From NCBI RefSeq assembly GCF_009914755.1, contig NC_060927.1: DNA of 64,000 bases. One strand, given 5' to 3'. Shown piece by piece: positions 53,826 to 64,000 of the stretch. Source of the stretch: the human T2T-CHM13v2.0 reference genome, Homo sapiens. Below the pieces are notes generated by a model. It was given only the letters and a program-made list of their open reading frames with translations, did not search any database and was not told where the DNA came from. Each line of letters opens with the position of its first letter. Within the stretch, counting starts at the first letter, position 1. A program made the translations under genes and the position numbers.

Positions 53826-54367
53826 TGTGGCAGATTATATTTTCTTAAATGGCTGCAATAACACCTCTCATCCTACATGCTGTTCTTACAATGCAACCTT
53901 GACATTCATCCCACTGAGAGGTGGGGTCTATGTCCCTTTTCCTTGAATGCAGGCAGGCTTGTACCACTTCAACCAATAGAATATGGTGGAAGTGGTACCC
54001 GGTAGCTTCTGAAGCTGGGTCATAAAAGGCCATGCAGCTTGTATCTCTTCTCTTTGGATACAGCCAGCATGCTGTGAAGAAACCCAGGTCACATGGGGAG
54101 ACCACATGTAGATGCTGAAGGCCAGTTAAGGTCTCAGCTGCCAGCCAGCACCAACTGCCAGACATGCATATGAGTAAGGAAGCCTGAGATGGCTCCAGCC
54201 CCAGCTGCTGCCCAATTGCAACCAAATGAAAGACTTTGAGCAGGAACCATTGGGGTGAACCCAGTCAGCCCCCAGAACCATGAGAAATAATAATTAAATG
54301 ACGTGGTTGTTCCAAACCACTACGTTTTGGGGGTAATTCATCAAACAGTAATAAAAAACAGGAATAC
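53826..54367 (+). mobile_element. MLT1G/H-like MaLR LTR
   Basis: Starts tgtggcagattatattttcttaaatggctgcaa and ends 'ccactacgttttgggggtaatt...cagtaata...caggaatac'. Confidence 0.75.
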
Positions 54368-56583
54368 CATTTGTGCATGGCTGTAACCTGACTCCTTGAG
54401 AGCAGATTCCAGGGTTGGTTCTGCTTCAGATGGCACAGTCCCTGGCATCCACAGCACCTTCTAAAGCTTTGGTAGAGAAGTTGAATGATTCCCACCTGGG
54501 CAGAGTTAATGAACTCTCTCCCAGTATTCTTTCACATTATTGAGACCTCCTTATGTCTGTCCTTCTTGATCATCTCTTAAAAATGAAGACCACCCCTCCC
54601 ATTCCTTCATCGCCTGATCTGACCTGAAGGAGGACTGACTTCAGGACATGACAAGTTCCTCAGGGCAAAAGAGTTCACCAACTGGTTTCCTCACTGTCAA
54701 GAAAGAATCTGGGGTGAGAAACACCAGGTGCCTAAGAAGGCAGGAGAGGAAGTACCACTGACCCTTGGCTCACTCACCTTTTGAACTCTTAATGATGTAA
54801 TTTGTGGCAAACCCAAAGGTTACCATGATGTGTTACTCTGCTGAGACTGGTGGCTGAGTCATGATGGGAGGCCAGTGTGTGGAGTGGGTCACTGGGCTAG
54901 TGACAAAGCCAGTTTACTGCCCAACCCCACATCTCAGTAGAGTTGCTCTTTCCTTACTGAACCAACAACCAGGCCCACAGAAAAAGCAAACTCTCTAGTG
55001 CTAGGGGTTAAAGTATTAGAAATCGATGATTCTTAGATAGGGAATAGGCACCATCCTTAACAATAGTCACACATTTGAGGATGTCTACACATACTCTTCC
55101 CAAATGCTAAGGGTCTCTCTGCTCAAAAGGGTAAGGAAGGCAAGCTTCGTTGACATCTCAGTGTTGGGAAAGCAGCCTGTCTTATGTCCTGGGCATGGAG
55201 GAAACTGTTGAGATCTGTTGGGCTGCTTTTAGCAGGTTAGATTGAAGGGGCAGCTCTTCCTTGCCTGCTTCTAGCTGAGCCCCCTGAGACCTGTCTTCAA
55301 TCACTGCCATGCCTGCCCCACCCATGTTCCCACGGCAGGTTGAGAAGGACAAGGGGTCCTACCTCAATGGTGATAAGGTGACTCTGGGTGAGGCATTTCT
55401 GCACAGGGCCTCATGACTTGGGCAGGAGCAAGTTTCTGGGGTCCTGAGACACTGGGCTGTCAGCATCTGGGTAAACCAGGCACCAACAGATTCCCACTCT
55501 GGGTTTACCTAGTAGTACCATGTATGGTATTAATCTTAATCAGTTGAGTGTCAGCCTAACACTCTACACTGCGGAGATCATGGGACAAAGAGATCAAACG
55601 ACTTGCTCATTAGAGTGAAATCAATGTAATGTGATATTAAATTGGAAGTTTTGGCTGAAGCTTTAAGAGACAATAAATATTTGATGCCAAGGAGCATTAG
55701 GAAGTCCAATCTGAAACCTCAATGGTGAAGATATTCAAATATCACATTCACAACTTGTGAGCCCCTTACTCACATTAAAGGTGTAAGTTGATGTGAAAAG
55801 AGTCCAGAGGAAGGCTGTTGTTAGAGGCAGGATTTCTTGGAGAGAGCTGATGGTGTAGTGTACTCTGCATCCTCCCAACCCCCAGGAGGAGAAAGAGGGT
55901 GGTAGGAATGCTTGCTTCTCACCTTAAGCCTAGAGAGGTGGGCTTTAGGGGTCCACTCTGCAGAGCCATAAACTAAACAGAGCCTAGATTTTAAATCTAA
56001 GTCATCATAGGACTTTTTGTTATTGAAGCATAAGCAGCAAAAGACACAAGGTTTCTTTCTAATTATATTACTTGACTCTGGCTTATTCAGCATATTGCTG
56101 AAACCTTGAAACTTCCAAATAACCCTTGTTAAAGTACTTTTAATTGCTCAAAACCACAAGTACATCTAATATCATCTGGAGGGACAGGCAAGGCTGGGGC
56201 TATTATCTCTATTTGGCAGATGAGGAAACCGAGGTTCCAAAAGGTTAAAAAACTGGTTCACGGTCACAGAGCAAGCCCTGGACTCTAGTCCGAGCTGTGT
56301 TGACCCTTCTGCTTTGGTTTCCTTATCTGTATAATCTTGTTCAGAATTCTAGTTCCAAGCTATGCTCCAATCCATTTACCCATGTGTAGTATCAGAATCC
56401 CATTTCTATTGGCCACTCCTGGTACTAAAAATCACAGGTGCAACAGGGTTGAGGATGGGGCTCTGGTAGGAGGATTTTTGTCTCTTTCTTCCTCCCCCCA
56501 ACTATATTGAGGTAAAAATCCTGCTAACCAGAATGAAAAGGAAAGCTATTCAGTGTTGGAAACCAGTCTAAAGAACATGAAGA

Positions 56584-56888
56584 GGCCGGGTGCGGTGGCT
56601 CACGTCTGTAATCCCAGCACTTTGGGAGGCCGAGGCGGGTGGATCACAAGGTCAGGAGATTGAGACCATCCTGGCTAACATAGTGAAACCCGTCTCTATT
56701 AAAAATACAAAAAATTAGCCAGGCGTGGTGGCGGGTGCCTGTAGTCCCAGCTACTCTGGAGGCTGAGGCAGGAGAATGGCATGAACCCGGGAGGTGGGCT
56801 TGCAGTGAGCTGAGATCGCGCCACTGCACTCCAGCCTGGGCGACAGAGCGAGACTCTGTCCCCAAAATAAAAAAAAAAAAAAAAAAAA
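56584..56888 (+). mobile_element. AluY
   Basis: Diagnostic 'gagaccatcctggctaac' and 'gaatggcatgaacccggg', long pure A-tail. Perfect 14-bp TSD aaagaacatgaaga at 56570-56583 and 56889-56902. Confidence 0.95.
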
Positions 56889-57674
56889 AAAGAACATGAA
56901 GAAAGTGCTTAGTTCCACAAATATGGAACATATCACAGCTCTCCTTTTTCATTGACATGGTGGACATTTTCAAGCTAGAAGTTTATCACACCAAAAAACT
57001 CATGATTTCCACTCTTGGAGAGACCTCCCACCATCATATCCAAGTTATTATTGGGCCTCTAACTCCACCCACTGCCGTTTCTCTCATTCTGCATGTGGAG
57101 GAAGTTCCAGCGAAGTTACCCCATATGTGGAGAACTTTAAAGCTAGAAGAGGTGATAAAGAGGCTGCTGAGGGATGGAATAAGGTCAGGCAGCCAAAGCC
57201 CCTTGCTCAGCACCTGGAGCACAGGAGCCACCCAGTAACTGTGAGCTCCCCTCTGGGGACCCACTCACTCTAGTCCCAGGCAGAACCTGTAGGCTGGGCA
57301 GGGCTATGTGTTTTCTGCCAGTTCCACAGGGAACCCACTCTGTGGTGAACTCAGGACATGCACCAATTGGTAGCCCTTGGCCTGGAACCCAGTTCAGAAG
57401 TCATATAAGCAGTGGGTTGTTTGTGCTATCTGACAACAGCCTCTCTAGGCTTCCATGAGCTTGATTTTCCCTAGGCTGAGAGATTTGCTAGCTATTTCTT
57501 TTCTGCTTCCCCATTACAAAACTGATAAAAGAACAATGCAGAGGTCATTGGTGGATAATATCAGGTCCAAGTGGTTATCAGAGAGATGGTGGTCACAAGG
57601 CAGAGGAGCGACTGTGTTATCTTCTCAAGTTTGGCTTTACTCTGTTGTGTGTGTATCCTCCTGACATACACATT

Positions 57675-57855
57675 CAGTGTATGTTTTCTGTGGGCCAGGC
57701 ACTGTGCTAAGGCATCCTAGACATAATCTCATTTATCATTATTCCCAGTTTCCAGATGAGAAAACTGAGCCTCAGAGAATTCTTATGATCTGCCTAATAT
57801 TGCACAGCTGTACATGAGGCATGAGGATTTGCCACAGGTCTGTTGAACTCCATAG
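57675..57855 (-). mobile_element. MIR near the RBP2 intron 1 donor
   Basis: 'gccaggcactgtgctaagg...ccagatgagaaaactgagcctcagaga'. Confidence 0.75.
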
Positions 57856-57929
57856 CAGCACTGTCTGGAGGGCCAGACCACAGTACTCCCAACAACAGCT
57901 ACCCTCCCCATCCCCAGTCTCCTCCTTAC

Positions 57930-58002
57930 CCAGGGCCTTCATGTAGCCCTCAAAGTTTTCATTACTCTCCATCTCCCAGGTTCCATTCTGGTCCCTTGTC
58001 AT
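57930..58002 (-). CDS. RBP2: RBP2 coding exon 1 ([24 protein letters not shown])
   Basis: ATG at 58002 in Kozak context gccaccaccATG, donor CTGG|gtaagg, 73 nt. GTW...NENF..YMKAL is the FABP/CRBP N-terminal signature. Confidence 0.98.
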
Positions 58003-58083
58003 GGTGGTGGCCACTGGTTCGGTGAGGGTTTGTGGTGGATGGCAAGGAGCAGGCTGCAGGGAGAATACACTGGAATGAGCTTC

Positions 58084-58090
58084 TTTTATA
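58084..58090 (-). promoter_or_regulatory. RBP2: RBP2 TATA box (TATAAAA)
   Basis: ttttata on + strand, 82-88 nt upstream of the ATG. Implies a TSS near 58055-58060. Confidence 0.85.
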
Positions 58091-58118
58091 GCCTAGTGGG
58101 CCAGGTTTGTGACTCTGA

Positions 58119-58139
58119 AGATAAGAGGTTCAAAGGGCA
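58119..58139 (+). promoter_or_regulatory. GATA site (AGATAAG) plus adjacent DR1 nuclear-receptor element (GGTTCA-A-AGGGCA; HNF4/RXR/PPAR type)
   Basis: Motifs read directly 30-50 bp upstream of the TATA box. CRBPII promoters are known to be driven by HNF4/RXR DR1 elements. Confidence 0.7.
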
Positions 58140-58479
58140 GAAGCACAACTCAAAAGAACTTTTCTTTGTAAAGTTCAGCGAGACTATAGGTAACCCACGA
58201 ACAAAGTCCTGGTATGGCCAGGCGTGGGTGTCCTAGTGTCCTGCACCATAAGCAGGGCCCTAGAGCAGCTCATTTTTGGCTGGCTGGGTCCCCATGGGCC
58301 CCTTGTCCCACACAGAACATTTCATCCAGTAATGGAAGAAAACAAACATCCAGGGTCTACCCCACATGTACTATGGGTCACTAGTACCCAGGCCTCAAGC
58401 CTGGAGTCTATCAGCCATGAATCCAGCACTCATAGCAAGGCTGGTGAAACTGAAAAGACAGAATTCACACCTGTGGAGC

Positions 58480-58690
58480 TCTACTCTACTCTGTTCCAGG
58501 CAGCATGCATACTTCATCTTGTTTCAGCTTACAAGAGCTCTGTGAGTTATGTTTAACCATCCTTATTTTACAGATGAGAAAGGATCATGGAGGTTAAATC
58601 ACATGTCTAATCACAACTTGTAAGTGGTTGAGCCAGGATTCAAACTCAGATCTGTTGGGCTCCAAATCCTTTTCTTCAACAGTGTGCTAG
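58480..58690 (-). mobile_element. MIR
   Basis: 'ccttattttacagatgagaaa...gtaagtggttgagccaggattcaaactcagatctg'. Confidence 0.75.
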
Positions 58691-59909
58691 GTCAGCTTTG
58701 AAAGAGGTTTGGAGCCTGACTTAAGAGACCAAATCTCTCTTGCTTCCCTGTGGAAGCAAGGTGCCCTGTGGACTTCCTAGCAGCAGGGTGAGACATGAGA
58801 AAAGTGTTTTCTGGGAACATGATTCTGCTAAAAGCAAGCTGAGCCTGGAGGGAGTCCAGATGGAGGCAGAGGGGTAGTGGAATGTTGTTTTAAGATCCAA
58901 GGGGAAAGCTGAGGATCACCTGGATCAAAGTGGGGGCATAGCTGGACAAGGACCCTTGGTTCAGGAATGTTCTCCAAATGGGCTGTCCCAATGGAAATGG
59001 GTTTAGTTTATTGCTCTGACACTCTATTCCAAGATGTGGTGTCTGAGAAGTGACTGTGAAGAATGGAGGTGTGGCCTGAGACAGATATACCATGAGTTCC
59101 CAAAGTGAGACCTATTTTGATGATGACACTGCAGCTCTCATATATGTATCCTTGTGCTGTGAAATCTAAGTAAATGACTCTGTGTGTGGTACGAGGGATA
59201 TAAAACAGCACATTTATCTTTCAGTAAATACACTGGAGTTAGGAAGACAGAGTGAAAAATGGCCCAGCTGTTGTCAAAAGGCCAATGGGGAAAGGTAAGG
59301 GGTGAGAAAGAAATAACTTTACCACAAATGGAAAATGAGTGGAGGAAGGAGTAGACAGATAAGAAACCTTGGAGATTCATCCTGTGAAGTCCAGCCAGAA
59401 GCTGCTGTAGACTGAGCATTCAGCCTCCTGGGCTGGAGAAGTAGATAGTCCCTCCCAGGTCAAATTCCAGGGCCTCCACCGTCCCTCCTGCCTGCAACTG
59501 AGGCCTCCTACCCCGTAGGCCTCTCCTGTAAGAATGTGTAATGAGAAGCTGGCCTGGTAGGGGAAGGGGCTGGGGGCAAGACAGGAGTTGCTAATTGCAC
59601 TAAGCCAGGGGCTTGGGTTTTCATGGGCATTGAGGGGGGAGGAATTGGTCTTGGTGTAAGATGCAAATTTGAAACTGAGATGTCTATATAAAGCCAGGCA
59701 CTTGAAGGGCTACTCCCTCATTGAGGGTGTAAATTAGTCAAAATCTGCAGCAACAGACAAGAAAAAAGTTTATCTACTTGGCATGGGATCTACATAGGTT
59801 AAAAAAAAAAGTTCTGTTCTGCTCTGACCTTGGTTTGGGGTTTGAATTTATCCTTTCTGTTAGCTAAAATATTAAAATAATAAATGTCCTGTGCTTGTTA
59901 ACATTTTTA

Positions 59910-60604
59910 AGCTGCCAGGAAGAAGTAAATGTAAAAGCTGTGAAGAGGAACACACCTTCAAAACCAGATCAACCAGAATTCTGTGTGATAAAGCCATGCC
60001 AAATATGAGCTCATAATCCAAAATTGTAACACACACTGACAAACACATACAAACTGATGCTCTTTGTAACCCACCAAGAGCATCATCAGAAGAAACATAC
60101 AGTGAAATTAGATTTCCAGGAGTTTCAATTAATAAAATCAGGTACAGACTATAAAATAATTATGTTTAAAATGAATAAAGAAAATTTAAAAGCACTGAAA
60201 ACATGAAAAAGGAATAAAATAATGTTTTTAAAAACAGATTAAAAATTTAAAAAGAGTAGTTCTTAAAAATATAATCACTAAAATTAAAAAGGTAATAGGT
60301 GGGTTAAACAGTTGATTAAACACAGCTTAAGAAAAATTAGTGAAATAGAAGATGCAGTCAAGGAGATTACCCAGAATATATTAACACAGAACATACTGTG
60401 ATGCAAATGTAGATAAAAATAAAATTCTAAAATTTCCCGGAGAGAACAAAGACAACCATACAGATTACCTATAAAAGAACAATGTAATAATGAGATCGAT
60501 ATTAGGCTTTTCAACAACTCTGATGGAATATGACAAGGGAACAATATCTTGTAATAATGTGGGAAAATACATTTGAATAAAATTCTAAACCCAGTCAACT
60601 ATCA
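59910..60604 (+). mobile_element. Old L1/HAL1 ORF1-like remnant
   Basis: A-rich 'gggttaaacagttgattaaacacagc...aattagtgaaatagaaga...aaattctaaacccagtcaactatca'. Confidence 0.55.
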
Positions 60605-60698
60605 TTATATGGTAAGAGTTTCAGATATACTCTTACCATATAACCTTAGTTTCAGATATACTCTCGTACTTGAATGATATAAAAAAGTTTCAGATATA

Positions 60699-61052
60699 AT
60701 AGCCACAATATGGAAACAACCCAGACTTCCATCAACGAGTTGATGGATAAATAAATTGTGGTATATTCACACAATGAAATACTACTCGACAGTAAAAAGG
60801 AGCACTCTCCTGATATACACAGCAAAGATGAATCTCACAGACATTATGCTGAGGGAAAGAAGCTTGACACAAAAGATCATATACTATATAATTTCATTTA
60901 CATGAAACTCTAGAAAAGAACAAGCCTAATCTACAGTGATATACAATAGATCAGTTTTTGTGGGTCCAGGGAGAGCAGGTAAAGGTAAAACTCAAACTCT
61001 ACCCTTGTGATCTGTGCCTTCTTATTGTATGTAAACTATACCTTAATAAAAA
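60699..61052 (+). mobile_element. L1ME-type 3' end
   Basis: 'tggaaacaacccaga...tggataaataaattgtggtatattcacacaatgaaatactac', ending 'tgtatgtaaactataccttaataaaaaa'. Confidence 0.75.
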
Positions 61053-61243
61053 AGGTATAATTATGTTGATTATTTATAGAAAAGCAATTTAGTACAAACT
61101 CAAACTAAAATCATGTATTATACCCACATGAGTGATGGGAAGTAAACTTGTGCTAAGGAGGCTGTAATTACTGATTGACTATATGTTTGTGAGAGATATT
61201 AGTTTAAGCATTTTTTTTTAAATTAAGACTAACCCTTATAGAG

Positions 61244-61427
61244 CAGAGGTTCTCAACCTCTAACAAGCATTAGAATCATCTGGAGGCTTATTACAACACA
61301 GATCGCTGGGCTCCACCTCTAGAATTTCTGACTTAATAGGTTTGGGTTAGGGTCCAAGAATTTATGTTTTTAAGTAAGTTCCTGGGTGCTGCTGCGGCTG
61401 CTTGACAACCACAGTTGAGAACTACTG
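61244..61427 (-). mobile_element. MER5A/B hAT MITE
   Basis: TIRs cagaggttctcaa / ttgagaactactg. 8-bp TSD ttatagag / ttttagag. Confidence 0.85.
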
Positions 61428-63286
61428 TTTTAGAGTAACAGAAATAAAAGAGGAAATAAATAGAGAGGGAAAATAAAATCCTAAAGCTTGGAGTCAGCCA
61501 CACCAAGTTTTGAATCTACGTTTCAACGCTTCCTAACTGGGGGATCCGTAACGTTTCTGAGTCTCAGATTCATTCTTTGAGAATCAGGGTCATTGTAAGA
61601 ATTAAACAACACCAAAAAACCAAAAAGCTCTTAACAGAGTCCTGGCACATAGTATGTGTTTGTTCCAAGATAGTAACTAGATATGGGGGCGACAGACCAA
61701 ACTCCTAGTAAGTGTGTGACTTGTCCTAAGCCCTCAACAAAACACAGCTTCAGCATATTCTTCTGTTCCAGATCTATGTATGTGTAGGAACTGGGGTTGG
61801 TACTGAGGGGAAAAAGTGAGGGATAGTGGATGAGAAAAAGCAAGTGCTACTCAATAACTCAGCCACTATTGCCTACAACTTCCATTTAAGGAACACCACA
61901 ATCTTAAAATTGGTAGCAGAGCCCAATTTCAAAAGTTCTGTCCTAGGGCCCCCAACTCTGTCTGCTACACTCACAAATCACATACCTGGACATTCCATTT
62001 TCTCAGTTGCCTGGGTGACTCCATTTCTGAATTTACTTACCTAAGTCCTTGTGGAATTCTTCAGGTGACTTTTAAGATGGAGGAAAATGATCAACTATAA
62101 CCAATCTTTCCAGGTTACAAGAAGCTTTCTGGAGACTACATGAAAAAGAGCAGAGGTGGGTCTCCCTAGAAGCTTGGTTCTGAGATAAATCAGTCAGCTA
62201 AGAGTGAGCACAGCAAGGACTCTCAGGAATTTACCTGCTGTCCTTGGGAGCATCTGACTGCAGCAGCTGGGCTCCTGGGCTGGCTCCCTACAGGCAAGCA
62301 GTCTCTCTCTGGCCCAGGCCCAGGCCCACCCAGGCTCGCCGAGCTCTGTCCTGCTTTCTTCTTCCTCTTGATGTAAGAAGGCATTCCCTTAGCAGGCAAA
62401 GGGCCATTGGCTGGAATGTTTGCTCAGCTTGTACGCAGGTTTCCACTCCTGGGCAATGCCCCTGTGACTTGCACATCTAGCTTAATTGAATGTTCTCAGT
62501 AGGAGAACTAGATGCTCCATTAGATTTGTCCTCACATGGAGGCCCCGGGGAAAGTGTGTCTTGGAGTTCCTTCAGCCACTAGGTAGGGCTGGGTCTAGTC
62601 TTAATTTTTCATGTAAATTGTGCCCCTTCTTAAGGCAGAACAGGAGAACAGGGGGATTACAAATCCTCATCCCTCCCATGGCCACAAGGACTCAAATTGC
62701 TCTGGTCCAAGAAGGGGCCCTTTGCAATCCCCTTGTCCTCTCCAACCTCCCCCAACAGTTGAGAGTAGGTAGTAAGCTGGCAGTGGTCAATCCAAACCAC
62801 CTCTTCCCAAGGGAGCTGTTCCTGCCTCTCTACCAAGGATCCTTGGAATGCCCTTGGCAATCCCATCCAGTGAAACTTGAGATTCCCTGACTTTTCTTTC
62901 CACTAGACCTAAGGAATGTATGGCATTTTCATTTGACATATTATGGAAATCTTTGCAAATCAGTACATATGATCTACTTCATTCTTGTTTATTTGTTTAT
63001 TCACATTTCATTGCATTTTAAAGCAGGTATTAATGTAATAACATTCACATAGTTAGAAATTCAAGCAATAGATATACAATGAAAAGTCTGGTTCACTCAT
63101 GTTCATTTTCCACTATTGCTACTGTTAAACAGGAAACTATTTGTATTAATTTCTTGTGTATCTTTCCGGAGTTTCTTTATAAAATCAAATATAAAGATAT
63201 ATTTTCCCTCGTCTTTTTATCCAAAAAGTAGAATACAACAAACTTGAATCCTCATTTTTTTTACTTAATAGTATCTTTTTAAAAAA

Positions 63287-64000
63287 TAATTATTTTTAAT
63301 TTTTATGGGTACATAGTTTTTTATAGGTACATAATTTTTATGGGTACATAATTTTTATGGTTACAAACAGGAGGTATTTTGATATAGGCATACAATGCAT
63401 AATAATCACATCAGGGCAAATGGGGGTATCTATCACCTCAAGAATTTATCCTTTCTTTGTGTTACAAACACTCCAGTTATACTCTTTTGGTTATTTTAAA
63501 ATATTCTATAAACTGTTGTTGACTTTAATCACCCTGTTGTGCTTTTATAAAATACTCAATTTTATGTAATCTTTTTTGTACCCATTAACTATCCCCACTC
63601 CCCCTCCCCACTACTCTTCCCAGTCTCTGGTAATGATTATTCTATAATACTCTCCATTTCCATGAGTCCAGTTGTTTTAATTTCTAGCTCCCACAAATAA
63701 GTGAGAGCATGTAAAGCTTGTCTTTCTGTGCCTGGCTTATTTCACTTAACATGATGTTCTCCAGTTCCATTCATGTTGTTGCAAATGACAGGATCTTGAT
63801 CTCTCTATGGCTGAATAGTACTCCATTGTGTATATGTACCATATTTTCTTTATCCATTCGTCTGTTGATGGACACTTGGGTTGATTCCAAATCTTGGCTA
63901 TTGTGGCTAGTGCTGCAATAAACATGAAAGTGCAAATGTCTCTTTGATATACTGATTTCCTTTCTCTTGGTTATATACCTAGCAGTGGGATTGCTGGATT
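63287..64000 (-). mobile_element. L1MA-type 3' end (continues beyond the window)
   Basis: 'ataatcacatcagggcaaatgggggtatctatcacctcaag...gtctttctgtgcctggcttatttcacttaacat...atacctagcagtgggattgctggat'. Confidence 0.9.

Noticed and set aside
57772-58014. N-terminally extended RBP2 (MATT-MTRDQ) and read-through C-terminus in the ORF track
   Set aside because: The upstream 'start' is GTG. The true ATG at 58002 has a strong Kozak context, and sequence past 57930 is intron 1/MIR.
60617-60698. Repeat-spacer pattern (AGTTTCAGATATA x3) as a CRISPR-like array
   Set aside because: Only three short copies with unequal spacers, one of which is an inverted copy of the flank. The context is eukaryotic with no cas genes, and a repair scar explains it better.

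Overview
This is primate genomic DNA, almost certainly human. The only protein-coding gene is RBP2 (cellular retinol-binding protein II), on the minus strand. It has four coding exons (58002-57930, 43836-43658, 36362-36261, 34698-34648) that splice at GT-AG sites into the intact 134-aa protein. Its promoter has a TATA box, a GATA site and a DR1 element, and there is an ATTAAA poly(A) signal. From recollection, not verified here, this is 3q23 between COPB2 and RBP1, overlapped on the + strand by the lncRNA COPB2-DT. The rest is ordinary repeat-rich euchromatin: about 11 Alus or Alu fragments, old L1/L2/MIR, MaLR/ERV LTRs, hAT MITEs and microsatellites. Repeat family names were assigned by eye from remembered consensus sequences and need RepeatMasker confirmation. 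I found no credible new multi-gene system. The best leads are: (i) an old ~190-bp local templated duplication with a fold-back hairpin at its junction, (ii) a second hairpin plus triplicated-motif scar at an L1 breakpoint, (iii) RBP2 exon 1 possibly doubling as a spliced-into exon from an upstream promoter, (iv) a candidate antisense promoter in intron 3, and (v) inverted Alus around exon 2.
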